From NCBI GenBank assembly GCA_963749705.1, contig CAVVNQ010000007.1, positions 9,591-73,590 on the forward strand: a stretch of 64,000 bases of DNA. Direction: 5' to 3'. The notes below the pieces were generated by a model, which saw only the letters and a list, made by a program, of their open reading frames with translations, was not told the DNA's origin and did no database searches. The stretch's first letter is position 1, and each line of letters starts with the position of its first letter. The DNA comes from an uncultured Chloroflexia bacterium (GTDB lineage: Bacteria; Chloroflexota; Limnocylindria; Limnocylindrales; CSP1-4). Made by a program: the position numbers and the translations under genes. Of the stretch, positions 58,124 to 64,000 are shown piece by piece.

Positions 58124-58900
58124 TCAGATCGTCATGGCCGTGAAGCCCCCGTCCACGCGGACGATGGCTCCCGTCACGTAGCCCGATGCCGCGTCGGAGG
58201 CCAGCCACACCGCGGTTCCGACGAGCTCGTCAGGCTCGCCCAGCCGGCCGGCCGGCGTGTGCGAGACGATCGCCGCGAGGCGGTCGTCGGACAGCAGCGC
58301 CCGGTTCTGCTCGGCGGGGAAGAAGCCGGGCGCGATGGCGTTGACCCGGATGCGGTGTGGCGCGAGCTCGCGCGCGAGGTACTGGGTCAGGTTGTTCAGC
58401 CCGGCCTTGGCCACCGAGTAGGCCAGCACCCGCGACAGCGGGGGCCCGGACGAGGCGGACGAGATGTTGATGATCGACCCCCCGCGGCCGGCCTCGACCA
58501 TGCCCCGGCCGAACACCTGGCAGGCCACGAACACCGACGTCAGGTTCGCGTCCAGGAGGCGCCGCCACTCATCGAGCTCGATGTCGAAGAACGGGGTCGA
58601 GCTGTTGACGCCCGGCGCGTTCACGAGGATGTCGACTGGGCCCAGCCGGGCCTCGACCTCGCGCCGCGCCGCCTCGACCGTCGCGGGGTCGGTGGCGTCG
58701 ACGTGGACCGCGATCGCCCGGACCCCGGCGGCCTCCAGGGCCGCAACCCGGATCGCCGCGCGCTCCTCCGAGCGACCGAGCACGGCCACCGCGGCGCCCG
58801 CCGCACCGAGCCCATGACTGATGCTGCCGCCCAGGACGCCCGTACCGCCGATCACGACGGCCACCCGGCCGTCCAGATCGAAAACGCCGGTCGTGGTCAT
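58124..58900 (-). CDS. SDR-family oxidoreductase (gluconate-5-dehydrogenase/FabG-like)
   Basis: VAVVIGGTGVLGGS, NAPG, YSVAKAG (Y-x3-K), RVNAIAPG. Confidence 0.88.
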   Translation of the reverse strand: MTTTGVFDLDGRVAVVIGGTGVLGGSISHGLGAAGAAVAVLGRSEERAAIRVAALEAAGVRAIAVHVDATDPATVEAARREVEARLGPVDILVNAPGVNSSTPFFDIELDEWRRLLDANLTSVFVACQVFGRGMVEAGRGGSIINISSASSGPPLSRVLAYSVAKAGLNNLTQYLARELAPHRIRVNAIAPGFFPAEQNRALLSDDRLAAIVSHTPAGRLGEPDELVGTAVWLASDAASGYVTGAIVRVDGGFTAMTI

Positions 58901-59016
58901 CGATCAAATGCCTTTCCGTGCTTCCCCACCGGGCGCGTCTTGGCTGTCGGTCGTCGCCTGCCTGAAGCACCGACGTCATCCGCCAGTATGGCCCTTGCAG
59001 GCGCTGTGTCCAAGGG

Positions 59017-59030
59017 TCTACTGTAGGACA
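59017..59030 (+). promoter_or_regulatory. Operator-like imperfect inverted repeat GTCTAC-t-GTAGGAC in the divergent promoter region
   Basis: aggGTCTACTGTAGGACaatc. Overlaps a possible TTGCAG-18-TACTGT promoter. Shares the GTCTA core with the sites at 20076 and 23452. Confidence 0.3.
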
Positions 59031-59063
59031 ATCAACTATCGTTCATCACGGCAGAAACCCGAG

Positions 59064-59540
59064 GTGCAGGGCGTGACGCAGTACGTCTTCGATCCGCACG
59101 ACGTGATCCGGTACCGGTACCCGACCCACACCAACGACCTGATCATGGACCGCCAGCACGCCTCGGCCGCCGAGGCGTTCTTCGTGATCCTCGAGCCCGG
59201 CGAGGCGCCCCCGATCCACACCCACGACGATGCCGAGCAGGTGTTCTTCATCCTCGAGGGCAAGGGCGAGCTGGGCATCGGGCCCGAGGCAGCCGAACGG
59301 TATCCGCTCGAGCCGGGCGACTTCGTCCGCACCCCGCCGGGCGTGCCGCACGCCGTGAGCTGCATCGGCGAGAGCCGGTTCGTGTACCTGAGCATCGACT
59401 GCTTCGTCGCCGGCCCCAACCCCGCCGAGCCGACCTGGGACAGCCACGTCCACCAGATGTGCGCCACCAACGGCTGGGACTTCGACACCGTGAAAGAGGG
59501 GCCGATCGACGGCGAGACGTACGTCGCCCGCGGCGGCTGA
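59064..59540 (+). CDS. Cupin-domain protein
   Basis: PPIHTHDDAEQVFFILEGKG...PPGVPHAV cupin motifs 1 and 2. Start is GTG 59064 or 59073. Confidence 0.8.
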   Translation: MQGVTQYVFDPHDVIRYRYPTHTNDLIMDRQHASAAEAFFVILEPGEAPPIHTHDDAEQVFFILEGKGELGIGPEAAERYPLEPGDFVRTPPGVPHAVSCIGESRFVYLSIDCFVAGPNPAEPTWDSHVHQMCATNGWDFDTVKEGPIDGETYVARGG

Positions 59541-59589
59541 CGTCGGTGCCGGGCGCCCGCAGGCTGCGGGCGCGATTCGAGGAGGAGCA

Positions 59590-59913
59590 ATGATCAAGCA
59601 GTTCGCCGACCTCGCCGTCGAGCCCCAGCCCTACGCGGACTACCGGCCGATCTTCGAGACCAACCGGCTCAACGTGACCCACGTGCGGATCCATCCCGGC
59701 GAGACGGTCCCGACGCATACCCACCACGACGAGGACCAGGTCTACTACGTGGCCTCGGGCACCGGGTACGTCGTCCTCGACGGGCAGCGCACGGACGTGT
59801 CCGCGGGGAGCAGCGTGCTGATCCCGATCGGCACCGAGCACGAGATCACGAACACCGGCGCGGACGTGCTGGACTACGTGTTCTTCGTCGTGTTCGTCCC
59901 GGCCCACGCATGA
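59590..59913 (+). CDS. Cupin-domain protein (small)
   Basis: 107 aa. VPTHTHHDEDQVYYVASGTG...IPIGTEHEI. Confidence 0.85.
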   Translation: MIKQFADLAVEPQPYADYRPIFETNRLNVTHVRIHPGETVPTHTHHDEDQVYYVASGTGYVVLDGQRTDVSAGSSVLIPIGTEHEITNTGADVLDYVFFVVFVPAHA

Positions 59914-60677
59914 CCGAGCTCGTTCGCGATCGCCTGCGGGTGATCGTCCAGCCGGATCGGCCCACGCTGGGTGCCGCGGCAGCGGCGTACTCGGCGGATC
60001 GCCTTCGAAGCCTCCTCGACCACCAGGATCGGGTGCGGGTGATCTTCGCCGCAGCCGCCTCGCAGAACGAGATGCTGGCTGCGCTTGGCCAGACCGAGGG
60101 CATCGACTGGGCGCGGGTGGACGCGTTCCACCTCGACGAGTACGTCGGGCTGCCGCTGGGCCACCCGAGGTCGTTCGGGCGGTGGCTCCACGACCACATC
60201 TGGTCACGCGTCAATCCCGGCCGGGTGGAGCGGATCGACGGCGGCAACCCCGCCGGCGGCGCGGCCGAGGCCGCCCGCTACGGCGCGCTCCTTGCGGACG
60301 GCGGCATCGACCTCGCGCTCGTCGGCGTCGGGGAGAACGGACACGTCGCCTTCAACGACCCCCACGTCGCGGACTTCGACGATCCCGTGTGGATGAAGCC
60401 CGTCGAGATCGACGACACCAGCCGCCACCAGCAGGTCCGCGACGGCGCGTTCGACCGGTTCGAGGACGTGCCCCGCACCGCGCTCACCGTCACCATGTCC
60501 ACGATCCGCGCCTGCCGGGTCGTCTCGCTGGTCGTCCCGGGGCCGCAGAAGGCTGCCGCCATCGCGGCGATGCTGGACGGTCCGGTCAGCACCGCCTGTC
60601 CGGCCTCCGTCCTGCGCGGCCACCCGGATGCCGTGCTGTTCGTCGACGAGGCCGCGGCCTCGGCGGCCCGCCGCTGA
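59910..60677 (+). CDS. Glucosamine-6-phosphate deaminase/isomerase (NagB)/6-phosphogluconolactonase-family protein
   Basis: FHLDEYVGLPLGHPRSF and VGVGENGHVAFNDP motifs. ATGA overlap with the cupin gene. Confidence 0.8.
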   Translation: MTELVRDRLRVIVQPDRPTLGAAAAAYSADRLRSLLDHQDRVRVIFAAAASQNEMLAALGQTEGIDWARVDAFHLDEYVGLPLGHPRSFGRWLHDHIWSRVNPGRVERIDGGNPAGGAAEAARYGALLADGGIDLALVGVGENGHVAFNDPHVADFDDPVWMKPVEIDDTSRHQQVRDGAFDRFEDVPRTALTVTMSTIRACRVVSLVVPGPQKAAAIAAMLDGPVSTACPASVLRGHPDAVLFVDEAAASAARR

Positions 60678-60733
60678 CGGCAGCCAGCCCGGTCCCGGCC
60701 GCGGAACGGCCGGTCCTGAACAGAGGAGTCACG

Positions 60734-61924
60734 ATGTCGAAGCTGGCAATCCACGGGGGCACGCCGGTCCGGACGAAGCCCTTCCTCGGCTGGCCGGTGT
60801 TCGGGACCGAAGAGGAGGACGCCCTGCTCGCGGCGCTCCGATCGGGCGTGTGGGGCTCCATCGACGGCACGTACGTCAAGGAGCTCGAGGTCGAGTTCGC
60901 GAAGCTCCAGGCCGCGCGCCACGGGATCGCCTGCGTCAACGGCACGATGGCGCTGTCGGTGGCCCTCAAGGCGCTGGGGATCGGGCCCGGCGACGAGGTC
61001 CTCGTCCCGCCGTACACGTTCATCGCCACGGCGAGCGCGGCGCTCATGGTCGGCGCGGTGCCGGTGTTCGTCGACGTCGAGCTGGACACGCTGCTCATCG
61101 ACCCCAGCCTCATCGATGCCGCCGTCACCCCGCGCACCAAGGCGATCATCCCCGTCCACCACGGCGGCTCCCCGGTCGACATGGACGGCGTCATGTCCGC
61201 CGCGCAGCGACACGGGCTCAAGGTCGTGGAGGACGCCGCGCAGGCCCACGGGTCCGCATGGCGCGGCCGGCCGGTCGGCGCGATCGGGGACGTGGGGACG
61301 TTCAGCTTCCAGTCCTCGAAGCCGATCAACGCCGGCGAGGGCGGGATGATGCTGACCAACGACGACGAGCTCGATGAGCTCCTGTGGTCGTACCGCAACG
61401 TCGGGCGGCGACGTGGCGGGGAGTGGTACGAGCATGTCCGGCTGGGCTGGAACCTCCGGATGACCGAGTTCCAGGCCGCGGTGCTGCTCGAGCAGATGAA
61501 GCGCATGCCCGCGCAGCAGGCCCATCGAACCGAGGCGGCGGCGTACCTGTCGTCGAGGCTGCTCGAGATCCCGGGCGCGGTCCCGCTGCGCGTTCCCGAC
61601 GGGGTCACCGCGCACAGCTGGTACACGTACCACTGGCGTTGGCTGGGTGAGCCCGATGGCGGCCTGCCCAAGCACCAGTTCGCGGAGGCGCTTCGCGCCG
61701 AGGGCGTGCCGGTGTTCCACGGCTACACGCCGCTCAACCGGAACCAGGCCGTGATCGACGAGATCGCGCGGCTCGGCGGGCCCGCACCGGTGCCCTGCCC
61801 GAACGCCGAGAAGGCCGAGGCGGACGAGATCCTGATGTTCTCGCTGTCGATCCTGATGGGCACGCACCAGGATCTCGATGACGTCGCCGAGGCGGTCGCC
61901 AAGGTTGCCGCGGTTCGCGCGTGA
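60734..61924 (+). CDS. DegT/DnrJ/EryC1/StrS-family PLP-dependent sugar aminotransferase
   Basis: GTMALSVALKALGIGPGDEV, DAAQAHGS, FSFQSSKPINAGEGG (PLP Lys). SD GAGGAG. Confidence 0.9.
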   Translation: MSKLAIHGGTPVRTKPFLGWPVFGTEEEDALLAALRSGVWGSIDGTYVKELEVEFAKLQAARHGIACVNGTMALSVALKALGIGPGDEVLVPPYTFIATASAALMVGAVPVFVDVELDTLLIDPSLIDAAVTPRTKAIIPVHHGGSPVDMDGVMSAAQRHGLKVVEDAAQAHGSAWRGRPVGAIGDVGTFSFQSSKPINAGEGGMMLTNDDELDELLWSYRNVGRRRGGEWYEHVRLGWNLRMTEFQAAVLLEQMKRMPAQQAHRTEAAAYLSSRLLEIPGAVPLRVPDGVTAHSWYTYHWRWLGEPDGGLPKHQFAEALRAEGVPVFHGYTPLNRNQAVIDEIARLGGPAPVPCPNAEKAEADEILMFSLSILMGTHQDLDDVAEAVAKVAAVRA

Positions 61925-62982
61925 GCACACCCGCGGCCATCCGCGTCGGCCTGGTGGGCTGCGGGGCCATCTCGACCCAGCACCTCGAGGCCATCTCGGC
62001 GCTGCCGGCCCTGTCGCTCGCCGGTGTCGTCAGCGCGTCCGCGGACCGGGCACAGACCGTCGGCGAGCGGTGGGGCGTGCCGTGGACGACGGACCTCGGC
62101 GAGCTGCTCGGTCGGGACGACGTGGATGCGGTCACGATCGCCACGCCGTCCGGGTTGCACCCGGCCCAGGCGCTGGCAGCGCTGCGTTCCGGTCGCCACG
62201 TGATCGTCGAGAAGCCGATCGCCCTGTCGGTCGAGGATGCGGACGCCGTCGTGGCGGCGGGCCGCGAGCGCAACCTCACCGTCGCGACGATCTCGCAGCG
62301 CCGGTTCGAGCCCGCCGTGCGCGCGCTCCACGCGGCGATCGAGGCCGGGGCGCTGGGGACGATCTCGCTGATCATCGCCGAGGGTCTGTACCACCGGCCG
62401 CAGTCGTACTACGACAGCGCCCCGTGGAGGGGCACGCGCGCCCTCGATGGCGGCGTCCTGATGAACCAGGCCATCCACGTGATCGACCTGCTGCGCTGGA
62501 TGGGCGGACCGGTGGCGTCGGTCACGGGCCACGTCGCGACCCTGGGGCACCGGATGGAGGCGGAGGACACGGCCTCAGTCAGCCTCCGGTTCACCGGTGG
62601 CGCGCTGGGTGAGATCGTCGCCACCACCTGCGCCAACCCGGAGCTGCCCGTGGAGCTGCGCGTCTACGGGGATCGTGGGCACGTTCGCCTTGCCGGCGAG
62701 GCGGCCGTCGAGTGGGATGTCCCGGGCGTGCCGGCGCCGGAGCCCGCAACAGACGACGCCGCTGCCGTCGTGGATCAGCCGGGCGTCGGCGCCACGCAGA
62801 CATGGGGCACCAACGCGATCGGCTACCTGCGTCAGTACGCCGACTTCGTCGAGGCCGTCCGGACCGGCCGCCCGCCCGCGGTGACCGGCGATGACGGCCG
62901 CAACGCCGTCGAGATCATCACGGCCGCCTACGAGGCCGACCGTGCCGGACGAGCCGTCGTGCTCGGAGGAGGTTCGAGATGA
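61921..62982 (+). CDS. Gfo/Idh/MocA-family oxidoreductase
   Basis: IRVGLVGCGAISTQH, VIVEKPIA. Overlaps the aminotransferase stop. Confidence 0.9.
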   Translation: MSTPAAIRVGLVGCGAISTQHLEAISALPALSLAGVVSASADRAQTVGERWGVPWTTDLGELLGRDDVDAVTIATPSGLHPAQALAALRSGRHVIVEKPIALSVEDADAVVAAGRERNLTVATISQRRFEPAVRALHAAIEAGALGTISLIIAEGLYHRPQSYYDSAPWRGTRALDGGVLMNQAIHVIDLLRWMGGPVASVTGHVATLGHRMEAEDTASVSLRFTGGALGEIVATTCANPELPVELRVYGDRGHVRLAGEAAVEWDVPGVPAPEPATDDAAAVVDQPGVGATQTWGTNAIGYLRQYADFVEAVRTGRPPAVTGDDGRNAVEIITAAYEADRAGRAVVLGGGSR

Positions 62983-64000
62983 AGGTCGGGGCGGCAAAGG
63001 TCGACATCACGCCGCCGCTGGGGATGCAGCTCGAGGGCTTCGAGGTTCGCGTGGACGGCGCGACGGGCATCCATGACCCGCTGTACGCGCGGGCGATCGT
63101 CGCCGAGGGCGCCGACGGCACCACCGTCGCACTGCTGGTCGCGGACCTGCTCCAGGTCGATCCGCGGCTGCAGGGGCTGGTCGCCGACGAGGTGCTGGCG
63201 CGAACCGGCATCACCCGGGAGCACCTGCAGCTGGCCGGGACGCACACGCACAGCGGACCGCGGCTGGCGGAGCCGTCCGACGCGGAGCGAGCCATCGGCC
63301 ACGGCATCGCCGACGCGATCACGCACGCCTGGGAGCAGCGCCGCGAGGCGGTTGCCGCGGTGGGCATCGGCGAGGTGACCGGGATCGGCGCCAACCGGCG
63401 GCCCAACGGCGGTCCGGTCGACGACCGGGTCACGGTCACCCGGTTCGACGACGTCGACGGCCGGCCGATCGCGACCCACGTCAACTACGGCTGTCATCCG
63501 ACCACGCTGGGTCCGAACAACCTGCTCTATACCGCCGACTACCCGGGCGTGCTCTGCCGGCTGGTGGACGAGGCGGTCGGCGGCGTGACCGTGTTCTCGA
63601 CCGGTCCGCAGGGAGACGTGAACCCGGGTGGCTACTCGCCCGAGGGCAGCATGGTCGGGATCGTCGTCCCGTGGCGGACGTTCGAGTCCGCCGAGCGGTA
63701 CGGCCGCCTGCTGGCAGACTGCGTCCTGGCCGTTCGGCCAGGGCTGGAGCCGCGCCCATCGGATCGCGTGTGGGGCGACGCGCGGGTGGTCGAGCTGCGG
63801 CGCAAGCGCCTGCCCGCACGCGATGTTGCCCGTGACGCGGCCGTCGCGGCGCGCGACGCCGAGCGCCTCGTCGTGGCCGCCGACATGAGCCCGGACGCCA
63901 CCTACCACGCGCTCGTGGCCGCCGCCTACGCGGAGCTGGTCGCGAGCCAGGCGGCCGATCCCGATCGCGACGAACCCGTCCGGATCCGGGCGAGCGGGCT
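62979..64000 (+). CDS. Neutral/alkaline ceramidase N-terminal-domain-like hydrolase, 3'-truncated by the window edge
   Basis: Not in the ORF track (no stop in the window). My translation is MKVGAAKVDITPPLGMQLEGF...IHDPLYARAIV...LAGTHTHSGP...NYGCHPT. ATGA overlap and SD GGAGGAGG. Confidence 0.7.
   Translation, partial: MKVGAAKVDITPPLGMQLEGFEVRVDGATGIHDPLYARAIVAEGADGTTVALLVADLLQVDPRLQGLVADEVLARTGITREHLQLAGTHTHSGPRLAEPSDAERAIGHGIADAITHAWEQRREAVAAVGIGEVTGIGANRRPNGGPVDDRVTVTRFDDVDGRPIATHVNYGCHPTTLGPNNLLYTADYPGVLCRLVDEAVGGVTVFSTGPQGDVNPGGYSPEGSMVGIVVPWRTFESAERYGRLLADCVLAVRPGLEPRPSDRVWGDARVVELRRKRLPARDVARDAAVAARDAERLVVAADMSPDATYHALVAAAYAELVASQAADPDRDEPVRIRASG

Overview
High-GC (about 70% G+C by eye), densely coding chromosomal window with an Actinomycetota-like style: many GTG/TTG starts, ATGA/GTGA stop-start overlaps, and apparently leaderless genes. 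I found no rRNA, tRNA, CRISPR array, transposase or integrase. All family calls come from reading the translated ORFs and recalling motifs, since no search was run.

Contents in order:
1. 1-5062: the 3' part of a molybdenum-hydroxylase (CoxMSL/XDH-type) operon. It is translationally coupled to an atypical, frame-disrupted PPDK-like phosphotransferase.
2. 5.0-8.8 kb: a small accessory islet. It holds an RHS/YD-repeat gene relic, an overlapping minimal nucleotidyltransferase/wHTH gene pair, an RHH-MazF toxin-antitoxin pair and a GNAT.
3. 8.8-20.0 kb, minus strand: an 11-gene tightly coupled carbohydrate utilisation operon. Its genes are 2 Gfo/Idh/MocA, a TIM-barrel isomerase, a DeoC-like aldolase, SIS, ABC transporter, ROK kinase and a HutC-type GntR.
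4. 20.2-27.1 kb: an OYE-type flavoenzyme and AraC, then a Gfo/UroD-like/NagA-like operon.
5. 27.3-28.8 kb: a YozG-type HTH + DUF2975 pair and a hypothetical gene.
6. 28.8-32.7 kb: an SDR/Eda/FAD-oxidoreductase/phosphotriesterase-like cluster.
7. 32.8-37.9 kb: hypFCDE with no hydrogenase genes in the window.
8. 38.5-54.1 kb: a reductive pyrimidine catabolism supercluster. It contains an NCS1 permease, beta-ureidopropionase, dihydropyrimidinase, a PreA-like paralog, MmsA and a single-chain PreT-PreA dihydropyrimidine dehydrogenase.
9. 54.1-64.0 kb: a methyltransferase, a 16-nt tandem repeat, a frame-disrupted APH-like gene in an EamA/LarA-like/SDR operon, and a cupin/NagB-like/DegT/Gfo/ceramidase-like operon.

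The pyrimidine supercluster is interrupted by a 1.67 kb insert bounded by 46-nt direct repeats. The insert carries a bacterial lysyl-oxidase homolog and a small secreted protein.

The most unusual items are the repeat-bounded lysyl-oxidase insert, the NTase/wHTH module beside the RHS relic, the PPDK-like enzyme lacking a PEP domain, and a recurring GTCTATAC (GT-N-TA-N-AC) operator-like motif upstream of separate sugar operons. No single clearly novel multi-gene defence system is evident. Three genes show apparent frameshifts, so assembly quality should be checked.
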